Origin: an uncultured delta proteobacterium
Lineage (GTDB): Bacteria; Desulfobacterota; Desulfobacteria; Desulfobacterales; JAHEIW01
Assembly (NCBI GenBank): GCA_963706575.1
Contig: CAVPNL010000004.1
Coordinates: forward strand, 480,001-544,000
Direction: 5' to 3'
Length of the DNA stretch: 64,000 bases
Under the pieces are notes generated by a model. That model saw only the letters and a list, made by a program, of their open reading frames with translations, was not told where the DNA came from and did no database searches. A program made the position numbers and the translations under genes. Positions 34,493-44,972 of this stretch are shown piece after piece. How positions within the stretch are numbered: the stretch's first letter is position 1; every line of letters begins with the position of its first letter.

Positions 34493-35662
34493 TTAATGGT
34501 CTTCATAATCCGGATGCGAATATAAAATCGGCATGCGGGTAACGATAAAGCGAAACGCAATGATGCCGCATGTCACCAGAAAAACTGAAATGACGATTTC
34601 CATCCAATGCGGAAAATAGCGTTCACTGGATGGCAGATGCCAGTTAAATGCCACCAGAGAAATATTTAAGCGGTTGACCATGATGCCCAGCACCGTCCAG
34701 GCTGCCGTCCATCGAATCAGTTTTATATTTTTATCACGCACCCCGACAGCATACAGAAAACTGGGCAGCGCCACAAAACCCAGCAGCTCCACCAGATACC
34801 AGAGACCATAATTGGTTGCCAGCAGGTGCCAGTTATTGCCTGCCGATATGCCGATGACCTTTACAATAAAATAGCCGGCCAGCACCAGCGATGCGGCCTT
34901 GCCAAATCCCAGGGCCACCGTATCTTTTTCCTTCAAATGGGCCTCGTCCATTTTATGGGCGAAGTAACGATGGGACAGGGTGCTTTCAAATATCACCATC
35001 GACAGGCCGGCAATGATGGCCGAAACAAAGAAAAACACCGGTAAATAGGGCGAATACCATAGAGGATGCAGTTTTGCCGGAGCGATCAAAAAAAGCGCAC
35101 CCAGCGATGACTGATGTAAGGTTGACAAGATAACGCCGAAGATCGTTAAGAGCAATGTCAGTCTAACCACGAGACTGCGTGCCCGTTTCAGACCCAGCCA
35201 TTCCATGGCTGCCGGGGAAAATTCAATAAAAAGCACGCTGAGGTAAAGCGCTACACAGGCTGCCACTTCAAACAACAGCGAGGTGGTTCCCTGCTGCATA
35301 ATAAACGGGTAAGGCAGACGCCAGGGCCGTCCAACGTCATAATTCAATGCGATAACAACCAGAGTATAGCCCAGAAACCCGGTCAGAATTGCCGGCCGGA
35401 CCGCTGAATGGTATTTTTTCATTCCAAAAATGTATACCGCCGCTGAGGTAACAAATCCCCCGGCTGCCAGGGCCACACCCACCAGAAGGTCAAACCCGAT
35501 CCAGATCCCCCAGGGATTATAATCGGACAAATTGGTAACGGCGCCCAAACCGCCTGTAAAGCGCAAAACCGTGACAATTAATCCCAAAATGACAATAATT
35601 CCAGCAACCACATTAAAGGGGGTCAAAAAAGATTTGCTGGTTGTCGCAGCTTCATCAGACAT
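34493..35662 (-). CDS. hmcC: Hmc complex NrfD/HybB-family membrane subunit
   Basis: PWGIWIGFD, ALAAGGF, DVGRPWR, STLHQSSLG. Confidence 0.9.
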   Translation of the reverse strand: MSDEAATTSKSFLTPFNVVAGIIVILGLIVTVLRFTGGLGAVTNLSDYNPWGIWIGFDLLVGVALAAGGFVTSAAVYIFGMKKYHSAVRPAILTGFLGYTLVVIALNYDVGRPWRLPYPFIMQQGTTSLLFEVAACVALYLSVLFIEFSPAAMEWLGLKRARSLVVRLTLLLTIFGVILSTLHQSSLGALFLIAPAKLHPLWYSPYLPVFFFVSAIIAGLSMVIFESTLSHRYFAHKMDEAHLKEKDTVALGFGKAASLVLAGYFIVKVIGISAGNNWHLLATNYGLWYLVELLGFVALPSFLYAVGVRDKNIKLIRWTAAWTVLGIMVNRLNISLVAFNWHLPSSERYFPHWMEIVISVFLVTCGIIAFRFIVTRMPILYSHPDYEDH

Positions 35663-36771
35663 CAGGAATCCTCCTCGCTTGGCTTTTTATCCGCTTCTTC
35701 TGGTTGCGTATCGGAGGCTTCTTCCGCTTTGGGTTTGGCAGCCTCTTCAAGTGCCTTTTTTACAGCGTTGTCGATCTCTTTTTCTTTAAATTTCTGCATC
35801 TGTTCGATTTCTTTGGCATGCTGGGCTTTTGCTTCAGCATTGGCTTGCTCAACGGCCGCTGCAACCGCCACGTCCGTTTCCTGATCCGCAATTTTCTCTT
35901 TGCGCTTTGACATGGCGTAGATGCCGGTGAGCAGCACCGGCCATAGCCCGGCAACAATCGGCACCCCCAGCAGTGCGCCGGAAGTCAGGTCCGGTGCCGG
36001 TGTGAAACCCAAATCCTCGCGCATCCCGACCTCTTTGAAAGGCACTGCGGACAGATACAGCCAGCTGGTACCGCCCATTTCATTTTCGCCGTAGATGTGA
36101 TCCACATAGCGATCCGGAAATTTAGAAATAAGCTGACGGGCGATTTTCAGCAAATCGGTGCGCTTGCCGAAGGTCAGCGCTTCTGTCGGGCAGGCCTGCA
36201 CGCAACCGGGAAGCAGCCCTTTTTCAATGCGCGGATAACACAGGGTGCATTTCATGACTCTCGGTTCCAGGGCTTCATCGTATTCGTAGGTTGGAATTTC
36301 AAAGGGGCAGGCAATCATACAGTACCGGCAGCCCACGCAAACCGATGCATCATAAATCACCGCACCTTTGGGGGTTTTTGTGAACGCCCGCACAAAACAA
36401 GCCGAGGCACAGGCCGGTTCCAGGCAATGGTTGCACTGAACTTTGCGGTACAGCGGCCCTTTCACATGGACATTGCTGACCGTATCGTAGCGATTAACAA
36501 TGGTGTAGGTTTTGGCAGTGGTTCGGCGTTTGGTTTCCAGAAGTGAAAGATCATCGAACGGTAGATCCGGAGCCGGCAGCTCGTTGACGGTGTTGCATCC
36601 GGCTTCACATTTGCGGCACCCGATACAGCGCGTGTTGTCAAACAACACGCCCATGCTTTTGGGATATCCGCTAAAATGCTTGTTTGATGCTGCGCTGGCG
36701 GTTTTCCCCAGCGTCGTGCCGGCAGTAGCAGCACCCAACCAGCCTAAAAACTTTCTGCGTGTGATCGACAT
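35662..36771 (-). CDS. hmcB: Hmc complex periplasmic 4Fe-4S subunit (HybA-like), Tat signal
   Basis: [50 protein letters not shown]-terminal TM helix. Confidence 0.92.
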   Translation of the reverse strand: MSITRRKFLGWLGAATAGTTLGKTASAASNKHFSGYPKSMGVLFDNTRCIGCRKCEAGCNTVNELPAPDLPFDDLSLLETKRRTTAKTYTIVNRYDTVSNVHVKGPLYRKVQCNHCLEPACASACFVRAFTKTPKGAVIYDASVCVGCRYCMIACPFEIPTYEYDEALEPRVMKCTLCYPRIEKGLLPGCVQACPTEALTFGKRTDLLKIARQLISKFPDRYVDHIYGENEMGGTSWLYLSAVPFKEVGMREDLGFTPAPDLTSGALLGVPIVAGLWPVLLTGIYAMSKRKEKIADQETDVAVAAAVEQANAEAKAQHAKEIEQMQKFKEKEIDNAVKKALEEAAKPKAEEASDTQPEEADKKPSEEDS

Positions 36772-36816
36772 AATTTCCTCAACTTTTCCAATCTGCAATT
36801 AAATGAGAATCTGAAG

Positions 36817-38406
36817 CTATCCTTTTTTCTGGTGACAGGCGACACAATTGGTTGCCACCGGTTTTTCAATGCCCATCGCTTCGTGGCATTCCATGCACTG
36901 GCGATGGTAAGCCGCCATGAGCCCCGGCTTCGACGGATCCCTCTCATCGAAGGGCCGGCCGTGGCAACTGGCGCAACTCGGCGGCTTTTTGGCCGCCGGG
37001 CTATGATGATGGCAGCCCTGACAGAGCATGTTTTGGTCTCGGTGAAAATAGCGGACCAGCTGGTTATCTTTAATATTGCCCGACAAGGTCTGGACAATTT
37101 TGCGATGCGGCAGCTTCACCGGCCCGTATTCGTTCATCAACGTCTTTATCTCGACATTTTCCGGTATGTCAGACTCAGCAAACATATGGGTTACGGGGTT
37201 GCGGGAATCAAGCATCCTGGCAGCCAGATCTTTTTCTTCGGTAAATTTAATGCTTTCGGCAACCCGGTTCACATCCGCCATATGGCAGGCCTGGCAGGCA
37301 TTGGGGTCCTGCTGACGGGCCCTGGCGATACCGGCGTGACAGCCGGCACATTTGGGGTCGCGCTGGTTTAATTCATGACAGCCCAAACAGCTCATATTTA
37401 CATTGAGACGGTGCATTGAGGTTTCAAGCGTTACCTGATTGCCTTCTTCGGTGCCCTGCAGCGTGTGGCACTGGACACAGGCATTTAAATTGGCGTGATG
37501 GCAGACCCGGCAGGTATCATTGTATTCTTCATGGGATTTGTGACTGAATGGCACCATCTTCATACGAGTGGCCTGCTTGGGGTCTTTGATTCCGGACTTG
37601 CTGGTGCGCACAAAAACCGTATCCGGCTGGTTACGCTTCATGCGCGGGACGACTTTGAGTCTTTCAATCAGCTTTTGCTGGGCGGGATCGTGACATCCGC
37701 CGCAGGTAATCGGACCGGCATCATCGAATTTGGCCAGGGTTTTGCTGTGACAATCAATGCAGGCAAGATGCGACGCCAGCCGCAGTGAAATCCGGTTTTC
37801 TTCGGTGATGGCTTGATGACAATAGCGGCAGGTGCCCTCTTTGCCCTTGGCGTGATATAGCTTTTTGGTGACTTCATTATATTGATGATGGCAGCGTTCA
37901 CATTTTTCGTTTTGGGCTTTGGAATGCCGGTAGTGTAAGGATTTGTCCATGCCGATCGGCTGCCATATGGAAACAAGATCCGGTCTGTCCTTATGGCACT
38001 CACCGCAAACCACCGGCCCGCTTTTTGGCCCGACGTCAGCCGTTTCTTTGTGACAGGCAATACAGTTGACATGGTAAATATCCATCACTTCCTGTTTGGC
38101 GGTGTTCTTCAGCCGCATATATTTGGGGACCAGGCGGTTGTTCTCAACCAAATGACAGGCGGTGCAGTCCTTGTTTTGTTTTGCCAGCGCTTCAGTGTGC
38201 TTCTGGTGAAGAAATGTCACCGGCGGCCGTTCCAGCTTGCCAAAGGCCTTCATGGAATCAATGCGAATCATGTCTGCCCGTTTTTGAACCGCAGATTCAG
38301 ATGGCGCTTTGGCCCCGTAAATTCCGGTACCGGTCAGGCAGATTGTAACCGTAAAGGCAATAAGTATGATTCCAGTCCAGCTTAGCCGTGCTTTTCCCTT
38401 CTTCAT
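36817..38406 (-). CDS. hmcA: high-molecular-weight 16-heme cytochrome c
   Basis: 16 CxxCH motifs counted; N-terminal signal or anchor. Confidence 0.93.
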   Translation of the reverse strand: MKKGKARLSWTGIILIAFTVTICLTGTGIYGAKAPSESAVQKRADMIRIDSMKAFGKLERPPVTFLHQKHTEALAKQNKDCTACHLVENNRLVPKYMRLKNTAKQEVMDIYHVNCIACHKETADVGPKSGPVVCGECHKDRPDLVSIWQPIGMDKSLHYRHSKAQNEKCERCHHQYNEVTKKLYHAKGKEGTCRYCHQAITEENRISLRLASHLACIDCHSKTLAKFDDAGPITCGGCHDPAQQKLIERLKVVPRMKRNQPDTVFVRTSKSGIKDPKQATRMKMVPFSHKSHEEYNDTCRVCHHANLNACVQCHTLQGTEEGNQVTLETSMHRLNVNMSCLGCHELNQRDPKCAGCHAGIARARQQDPNACQACHMADVNRVAESIKFTEEKDLAARMLDSRNPVTHMFAESDIPENVEIKTLMNEYGPVKLPHRKIVQTLSGNIKDNQLVRYFHRDQNMLCQGCHHHSPAAKKPPSCASCHGRPFDERDPSKPGLMAAYHRQCMECHEAMGIEKPVATNCVACHQKKG

Positions 38407-38466
38407 ATTTTGCTTCCTTGTATTCCTTGTATTCAACAATTGTTTAAATACCGGTGTCTATATTTT

Positions 38467-38897
38467 TCAGCGACAATTCACGTCTGCGCTTTCGCTATCG
38501 AGAAGACCTTGAATGGTGGTTTCATCATAAACATTGAAAATCGCATCTTTTATCCGGTTCCACATGGAAAAAATGCACAATCCCCTTTAAACGGGCAATT
38601 GGTTTCCGGAACCAGTGCCACACAGTCGGTCGGGTCCACATCGCCCTCCAAAAAACGCATAATGTCCCCCACCGTAATTTTCTCGGGGGATCGAATTAAA
38701 TAGTAGCCACCGTAAAAGCCGCGCTTGGAATTCACCAGTCCGCTGCCTTTGAGTTGGTTGAGAATGACTTCCAGGAATTTTTCGGGGATGGCCTGTGCTC
38801 TGGCAATTTCAGAAATTTTTTGGGGACCCTTACCATTATGTTTGGCAAGTTCGAATATGGCCCGCAGGGCATATTGATTTTTTTTGGTGATCAGCAT
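38467..38897 (-). CDS. Rrf2-family transcriptional regulator, frameshifted near 38566-38573
   Basis: YALRAIFELA, FLEVILNQLK, SKRGFYGGY, three Cys; continues in another frame as MWNRIKDAIFNVYDETTIQGLL to TGA at 38467-38469. Confidence 0.88.
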
Positions 38898-38930
38898 CGC
38901 GTCGCTTTCTCGACTTCAGCGATCAGGAAG

Positions 38931-38980
38931 TTTGTCGACTATTAAAGTCAGGAAGTTTGTCGACTTTAATAGTCAAGAAG
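38931..38980. promoter_or_regulatory. two abutting 25-bp IscR type-1-like Rrf2 operators
   Basis: TTTGTC-GACT-ATTAA-AGTC-AGGAAG and TTTGTC-GACT-TTAAT-AGTC-AAGAAG, 34 nt upstream of the rrf2 start. Confidence 0.75.
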
Positions 38981-39151
38981 GCGCTTGATGTCAAATATTT
39001 TTTTTGGAATTTAATAATTTTTATAATACATTATTTCAAATAGTTACGATGAATTACGACAATGTGGGACATGGAATATCACGTTGTGGCAGAGGGGAAA
39101 TCGGGCCAGAAGGTTTATTTCAGGAGCCAGCCAAATGGCGGGTGTTGCAGC

Positions 39152-39242
39152 TGTTTAATTGGTTTGATTGGTTTTATTTGTTCAATTGGTTCAGTTAGAG
39201 CAAACCAATTCAACCAATGAAACAAATTAAACAAATCTAACA
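39152..39242. repeat. 91-bp inverted 9-mer array element, copy 1
   Basis: tgtttaatt ggtttgatt ggttttatt tgttcaatt ... aaaccaatt caaccaatg aaacaaatt aaacaaatc. Confidence 0.92.
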
Positions 39243-39283
39243 CGTTCTACAGTCCTAAAACTTTGATCCCAGGCGTTTGGGAC

Positions 39284-39315
39284 AAAAAAGGCGGAGCCCC
39301 CTTGGCCCCGCCTTT
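39284..39315 (-). terminator. intrinsic terminator of the Hsp20 gene
   Basis: minus strand aaaggcggggcc-aaggg-ggctccgcc-tttttt. Confidence 0.75.
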
Positions 39316-39370
39316 GTAGGTTTGCATCAAATATGGCTAAAGATGCCTGCCAGGCACCCGCTGCTAACGT

Positions 39371-39673
39371 CTATTGGATGGAAACTTCATGTGCTCCGTC
39401 CATGGGATCTCTGAACGGTATCGTGACTTTCAGGACCCCGTTTTCATATTTGGCTGATGCGTCTTTGGCATTTACCGGACAGCAAAAAGCCGCCGTGGTA
39501 ACGTAGTCATAGTCCTCCCGGGGAGCGTTGAGACTGAAGCTGTCGTCGAGCATCTTCAGATGGATATCTTCCTTTTTAACCCCCGGTATGCAAATTTCCA
39601 GATTTAAAAGCTTACGGTCATCGTCCACATATGAACACACGTCTGCGGCCATCTTAAATTTTTCCTTTGCCAT
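39371..39673 (-). CDS. Hsp20/alpha-crystallin family small heat-shock protein
   Basis: [31 protein letters not shown]. Confidence 0.88.
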   Translation of the reverse strand: MAKEKFKMAADVCSYVDDDRKLLNLEICIPGVKKEDIHLKMLDDSFSLNAPREDYDYVTTAAFCCPVNAKDASAKYENGVLKVTIPFRDPMDGAHEVSIQ

Positions 39674-40044
39674 AGCAATCACCTCCCTTGTGTTACCGCT
39701 GAGACGATTAACGTCTCCAACATTCCAATTAGAACAAATCCCTTACCTTTAAACCCAAGATAAGGTTGTCCACCATATAAATTATGGTAATGCACAACCG
39801 GTCAAAAGCAAGCGCCTGCTAAGCTGTACCCCATCACGGCCCACAACCGCTTTGCAGTTGTATATTGACAATCCGGGCCGGCCGTTTATTATGACGGTAT
39901 CTGGGCGGCCGCTATCGTGGTTGTCAAAAAAACGTCGCCGTATTCAAACAGGTTCGATTGACCGAGAAGAAAATAGGTCTTAATTTCTCGTTTCACTGCT
40001 TATCTCGAACGAAATATGCGTTCCGGAAAGGATAAATTTAAATT

Positions 40045-41187
40045 ATGAATATCGCCGTGCCCAAAGAAGTTCATCCCGGCGAAACCCGTGTGGCGCTCAT
40101 CCCAGAACATATTGCCAAGCTGACAGAAATGGGAGCGCATATTACGGTGGAAACCGGAATTGGACAGAAACTGAATTTCTCTGATGAAGACTGCGTGAAG
40201 GCGGGAGCCTCTTTGGAGGCAGACCGCAGCAGTTTGCTTCAGACCGCAGATATGGTGCTGCGCATCCGCAAACCAGCGATGGAAGAAATTGATTTGCTGA
40301 AAGAAGAGAGCACCTATGTAAGCCTGCTGGATCCGTTTAACGAACGGGAGCTTATTGAGGCCTTGATGAAAAAGAGAATCGCCTCTATCAGCATGGAGAT
40401 GATCCCGCGCATCACCCGGGCACAGAAAATGGATGTGTTAAGCTCACAGGCAAATTTAGCCGGTTATGTGGCCGTAATTATCGCCGCCGAACGCCTGGAC
40501 AAAATATTTCCGATGATGATGACGCCAGCTGGAACCATTGCACCGGCCAGGGTATTTGTCATCGGTGTCGGCATTGCGGGTTTGCAGGCAATAGCAACTG
40601 CGAAACGCTTGGGGGCCCGGGTGGATGCTTTTGACACCCGGCCGGTGGTTGAGGAACAGGTAAAATCATTAGGGGCACGCTTTGTGAAGATCGATCTGGG
40701 TGAAACCGGACAGACCAAAGACGGTTATGCTAAAGCCCTCACAGACGAGCAATTGCAGAAACAGCGTGAGGGAATGGCGAAAGTTTGTGCGGCCTCAGAC
40801 GTGGTAATCACAACCGCCCAGGTATTTGGCAGAAAAGCACCGTTGATTGTCACAGAAGACATGGTGGCGGGGATGTCAAAGGGATCGGTGCTTGTTGATC
40901 TGGCTGTGGAAACCGGCGGCAATGTCGCCGGATCAGAGGCGAATCAGGAAGTTGAGGTGGACGGTGTTCGTATTATCGGCCTGGCCAACCTGCCGGGAGA
41001 AGTGGCAATCAACGCCAGCCAGATGTTTTCATCCAACCTGTTTGCCCTTGTCGCCGAATTCTGGAATGAAGAAGAAAAACGTTTTGTCATGGACTTTGAA
41101 GATGAAATTTTGAAAGGGTGTGTTATCACCCATAAGGGTGAAATTGTAAATGAGATAATCCGTAAGCATTATCAGGAGAAGCAATAA
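40045..41187 (+). CDS. pntA: NAD(P) transhydrogenase alpha subunit, part 1 (dI)
   Basis: ETRVA, PRITRAQKMDVLSSQ, GIAGLQAI, GYAK, GGNV. Confidence 0.96.
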   Translation: MNIAVPKEVHPGETRVALIPEHIAKLTEMGAHITVETGIGQKLNFSDEDCVKAGASLEADRSSLLQTADMVLRIRKPAMEEIDLLKEESTYVSLLDPFNERELIEALMKKRIASISMEMIPRITRAQKMDVLSSQANLAGYVAVIIAAERLDKIFPMMMTPAGTIAPARVFVIGVGIAGLQAIATAKRLGARVDAFDTRPVVEEQVKSLGARFVKIDLGETGQTKDGYAKALTDEQLQKQREGMAKVCAASDVVITTAQVFGRKAPLIVTEDMVAGMSKGSVLVDLAVETGGNVAGSEANQEVEVDGVRIIGLANLPGEVAINASQMFSSNLFALVAEFWNEEEKRFVMDFEDEILKGCVITHKGEIVNEIIRKHYQEKQ

Positions 41188-41206
41188 CTCTCGATGGAGT
41201 TAATAA

Positions 41207-41289
41207 GATTACGGATTGCGGATTGCGGATTTTAAATGCGCGATATGTTTGATCTTACAATCTGCAATCCGCAATCTAAAATCCGCAAT
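41207..41289. repeat. gene-less inverted heptamer-array element (GATTGCG family) inside the pnt operon
   Basis: gattacg gattgcg gattgcg gatttt ... aatctgcaatccgcaatctaaaatccgcaat. Confidence 0.93.
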
Positions 41290-41383
41290 TGATTTTACTC
41301 CAACACTCCTGAACCGGTAGAGCACCAAACATTAATTTATCAAACCAAAGTAATTTAGGATTGCAAACTTACAATCAAGAGGA

Positions 41384-41683
41384 GTGAACATCATGTCCAT
41401 CGGTCTCTTAATCTTTGTCTTTATCCTGGCCATTTTTCTGGGTGTGGAGCTGATTAGCAAAGTGCCGTCGCAATTGCACACCCCGTTGATGTCGGGAACC
41501 AATGCCATTTCCGGCATCACCATCGTCGGGGCGCTCACGGCAGCCGGAACCGGCGCCGACACCGTGGCCTCCATCGTGGGCACGATTGCGCTCATCCTGG
41601 CCACCATCAATGTGGTCGGCGGGTACCTGGTTACCAATCGCATGCTCGCCATGTTTAAACGTAAGGATGAGGGGCAAAAATGA
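41384..41683 (+). CDS. NAD(P) transhydrogenase alpha subunit, part 2 (membrane)
   Basis: LHTPLMSGTNAISG, INVVGGYLVTNRMLAMF. Confidence 0.95.
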   Translation: MNIMSIGLLIFVFILAIFLGVELISKVPSQLHTPLMSGTNAISGITIVGALTAAGTGADTVASIVGTIALILATINVVGGYLVTNRMLAMFKRKDEGQK

Positions 41684-43071
41684 TGGTCAATATCGAGGTT
41701 CTAATTGATTTCGGTTACATCGTTGCGTCGGTGCTCTTCATTATCGGGATCAAGATGCTCGGCCGACCGGAGCGTGCCCGGCGCGGCAACATGGTCTCCT
41801 CCCTGGGCATGTTGATCGCCGTTGTATCAGCCCTGTTTGAGTGTTGCCTGTCGTTTACGCTGGTAATTGCCGGCATGGTCGTCGGTGCCTGTATCGGTGT
41901 GATTGCCGCACGCAAGGTTAAAATGACATCAATGCCGCAAATGGTGGCAATTTTAAACGGTTTTGGCGGACTGGCCAGTCTGCTCGTCGGCTGGGAAAAT
42001 TATCACAGTATGCCCGAGAGCAATCTGTTTATCACCATCGCCATACTGCTGGCGGTGCTCATTGGCGGCGTCGCCTTTTCCGGAAGTTTGATCGCATACG
42101 GCAAACTGTCGGGGAAACTATCAGGTAAACCGATTTTTTTCTACAGCCAACAGGTCGTCAACGGAACCATTATCATTGCAATTTTGTTGTGCGGGGCCAT
42201 TTTTGCATATAATCCGACCGCATCATTTTCTTATGGGATTTTCATTGTCATCATCTGTCTGGCGCTGACACTAGGCGTTTTAGGAACCATCCCCATTGGC
42301 GGGGCCGACATGCCGGTGGTGATCGCCCTGCTAAACAGCTATTCCGGTCTGGCCGCCAGTGCCGCCGGCTTTATCATTCTCAACAATGTTCTCATCGTCG
42401 CCGGTGCACTGGTTGGCGCCAGCGGTTTGATTTTGACCGGCATCATGTGCAAAGCCATGAATCGTTCCCTGGCCAACGTTCTGTTTGGCGGGCTGCAGGC
42501 GGCGGTGAGCGCAGCCGGTGACGACCAGCAGATCCAGGGAGAACCGCATCCCATCTCTCCGGATGATGCTTACTTTATCCTCGAGGCCGCCCGCTCGGTG
42601 GTGTTTGTTCCGGGCTACGGCATGGCTGTGGCTCAGGCACAGCACGCGGTCCGGGAGCTTGGCGATATTCTGGAAAGCAACGGCGCCGAAGTTCGTTATG
42701 CGATTCACCCGGTGGCCGGTCGAATGCCGGGGCACATGAACGTTCTGCTGGCCGAGGCCAATGTCCTTTACGAGCAGCTGGCGGAGATGGATGATGTCAA
42801 CCCCACAATGGATACCGTTGACGTTTGTGTGGTTATCGGCGCCAACGACGTTGTCAATCCCGCCGCCAGAGAGATGGCATCGAGCCCGATCTATGGCATG
42901 CCGGTGATCAACGCGGACAGGGCCAGAACCGTGCTGGTCCTTAAACGCTCCATGGCAACCGGATTCGCCGGAGTGGACAACCCTCTTTTTGTAAAGCAAA
43001 ACACACGCATGCTCTTCGGCGATGCCAAGGCGTCGCTGCAGCAGTTGATCTCAGAGTTCAAGGAAGCCTGA
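41680..43071 (+). CDS. pntB: NAD(P) transhydrogenase beta subunit
   Basis: MTSMPQMVA, IGGADMPVVI, PGYGMAVAQAQH, HPVAGRMPGHMN, GANDVVNP. Confidence 0.97.
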   Translation: MMVNIEVLIDFGYIVASVLFIIGIKMLGRPERARRGNMVSSLGMLIAVVSALFECCLSFTLVIAGMVVGACIGVIAARKVKMTSMPQMVAILNGFGGLASLLVGWENYHSMPESNLFITIAILLAVLIGGVAFSGSLIAYGKLSGKLSGKPIFFYSQQVVNGTIIIAILLCGAIFAYNPTASFSYGIFIVIICLALTLGVLGTIPIGGADMPVVIALLNSYSGLAASAAGFIILNNVLIVAGALVGASGLILTGIMCKAMNRSLANVLFGGLQAAVSAAGDDQQIQGEPHPISPDDAYFILEAARSVVFVPGYGMAVAQAQHAVRELGDILESNGAEVRYAIHPVAGRMPGHMNVLLAEANVLYEQLAEMDDVNPTMDTVDVCVVIGANDVVNPAAREMASSPIYGMPVINADRARTVLVLKRSMATGFAGVDNPLFVKQNTRMLFGDAKASLQQLISEFKEA

Positions 43072-43102
43072 CAACCGTTCCACGGCTGTCAGGCGTTAAA
43101 TT

Positions 43103-43193
43103 TGTTTAATTGGTTTGATTGGTTTAATTCGTTCAATGGGCTCGGCTTAATCAAACCAATTCAACCAATGAAACAAATACAACCAATCTAACA
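43103..43193. repeat. 91-bp inverted 9-mer array element, copy 2
   Basis: colinear with 39152-39242; 79/91 identical by manual count. Confidence 0.92.
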
Positions 43194-43229
43194 AGTCCGA
43201 ACTTCGAACCCTTGAACCTTGGACATACT

Positions 43230-43985
43230 ATGGACGACAAAATAACGCTGATTGCAGATAAAATTAGAGAAGGCGGTAAAAACGTTGTATTCACAGGTGC
43301 CGGCATCTCCACTGAAAGCGGCATACCGGATTACCGCAGTCAGGGAGGTATCTGGGATAAGTTCCGACCGGTCTATTTTGACGAGTTTATGAGCGCCCGC
43401 GAGGCTCGTGAGGAGTACTGGCGGCGATGGCAGGAACTTTATCAAGGTATCCAGCAGGCCCGGCCGAATGCCGGGCACACAGCCATTGCCAGGCTTGACC
43501 AAATGGGTCTGCTGGAGGCGCTCATCACCCAGAATGTGGATGGGCTTCACCAGGAAGCGGGTCTTGCGGATGAAAAAATAATCGAGCTGCACGGCAATAC
43601 CCGGCGCATCCGCTGCATGAGCTGTCGTAATATTACCTCCACCAAAGAGATCCGAAAGCGTTTGCAATCCGGCGATGCGGCTCCGGAATGCGAGTGCGGC
43701 GGCTATTTAAAACCCGACACCATTTCCTTCGGCCAGGCCATGCCGGTGGACGCAGTGGAAAAAGCCACCGCGCTATCGCATACCAGTGATTTTTTTCTGG
43801 TGGTGGGTTCCACCCTGCTGGTTCAGCCGGCAGCCCACATGCCGGTATACGCCAAACAAAACAATGCGTTTCTGGCGATTGTCAACTTGTCAGATACCCC
43901 TTGCGATAATATGAGTGATGTGCTCATCCGGGATAAAGCCGGCAAGGTGTTGCAGCGGATTGTCAGAGAAGTGGAAAATGGTTGA
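43230..43985 (+). CDS. Sir2/CobB-family NAD-dependent protein deacylase
   Basis: TGAGISTESGIPDYR, TQNVDGLH, ELHGN, CMSC...CECGG, GSTLLVQPAA. Confidence 0.95.
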   Translation: MDDKITLIADKIREGGKNVVFTGAGISTESGIPDYRSQGGIWDKFRPVYFDEFMSAREAREEYWRRWQELYQGIQQARPNAGHTAIARLDQMGLLEALITQNVDGLHQEAGLADEKIIELHGNTRRIRCMSCRNITSTKEIRKRLQSGDAAPECECGGYLKPDTISFGQAMPVDAVEKATALSHTSDFFLVVGSTLLVQPAAHMPVYAKQNNAFLAIVNLSDTPCDNMSDVLIRDKAGKVLQRIVREVENG

Positions 43986-44077
43986 TATTGAGTGCTCAGG
44001 ATATTGGGTATTGGGTATTCGGAATTGGTCAGAGTTGATGCTCAAGACTTGATGAGAAAAGTGCAAAGCGCAAGTTA

Positions 44078-44182
44078 AATTAGCCACAGACCCGCACAGA
44101 CAGACTCAGACAAATTTTTCTCATGTCAACGAGTGTATCGAATAAACAGTCTGTGTGCGTCCGTGTGAGTCCGTGGCTAATT
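44078..44182. repeat. inverted 10-mer array element (CACAGAC family)
   Basis: aattagccacagac ccgcacagac agactcagac ... gtctgtgtgc gtccgtgtga gtccgtggctaatt. Confidence 0.92.
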
Positions 44183-44195
44183 TTACTTTGATAGA

Positions 44196-44729
44196 TCAAC
44201 GAACTTTAAGATTATCAATGACCTTAATGGTACCATCGGTGCTGCGGGAAATCTGGATGGCCCGATCCTTCTGATACTTGGTGCTGACAATCCCTGAAAG
44301 GGTGACCACACCCAGATAGACGTCGACATCGATATTCAGAGAACGCACCTCGGGTTCAGCGATCAGCTTGGCTTTGATTTTATTGCTGATCACATTGTCG
44401 GTCCAGATATCTCCGAATTTTCTTTCACCGATCTGGATATGATTGCTGACGGACTTTACGGCCGGAACGTTTCGGGCGATTTGCACGGCGCGAGCGGATT
44501 CTTCAGGGGTCGCGACAACGCCGGTCAGGGTGACATGGCCGCCGATGGTATCGACATCAATCTGCCGGGCTTTAACGATATCGTCTTTGAGCATTTCATG
44601 GTTAATCCGGGTGGTAATCGTGGAATCATCCACCACACCACCAACCGGGTGTTCGCCGGTTTTTTGCGAGCCGGCGCATCCGGAGATGGCAAACAACAAA
44701 ACGACAAACAAAATCAACTGCTTTTTCAT
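44196..44729 (-). CDS. double BON-domain lipoprotein
   Basis: lipobox ISGC; DDSTITTRI...GHVTLTG and DNVISNKIKAKL...GVVTLSG. Confidence 0.92.
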   Translation of the reverse strand: MKKQLILFVVLLFAISGCAGSQKTGEHPVGGVVDDSTITTRINHEMLKDDIVKARQIDVDTIGGHVTLTGVVATPEESARAVQIARNVPAVKSVSNHIQIGERKFGDIWTDNVISNKIKAKLIAEPEVRSLNIDVDVYLGVVTLSGIVSTKYQKDRAIQISRSTDGTIKVIDNLKVR

Positions 44730-44972
44730 GATCCATACTCCCTTATTGGGTTAATTTTATTTGAGCATAAGAATGCAAAAATTGTGCATATAACCCATTT
44801 AAAAATTTTATTATTAATTTTCAATGGCTTATAAGAAAATACGCCTCCAAGCTGTTCAGAGAGCTGTATACAAAATGTCAAATTATGTTCATAACTGTGT
44901 CAAAATATCGTATCTTATGGGTTGCACCAATCGTTCGATTTTAGGACCGTAAATATTCTGAGGAAACGTCTG

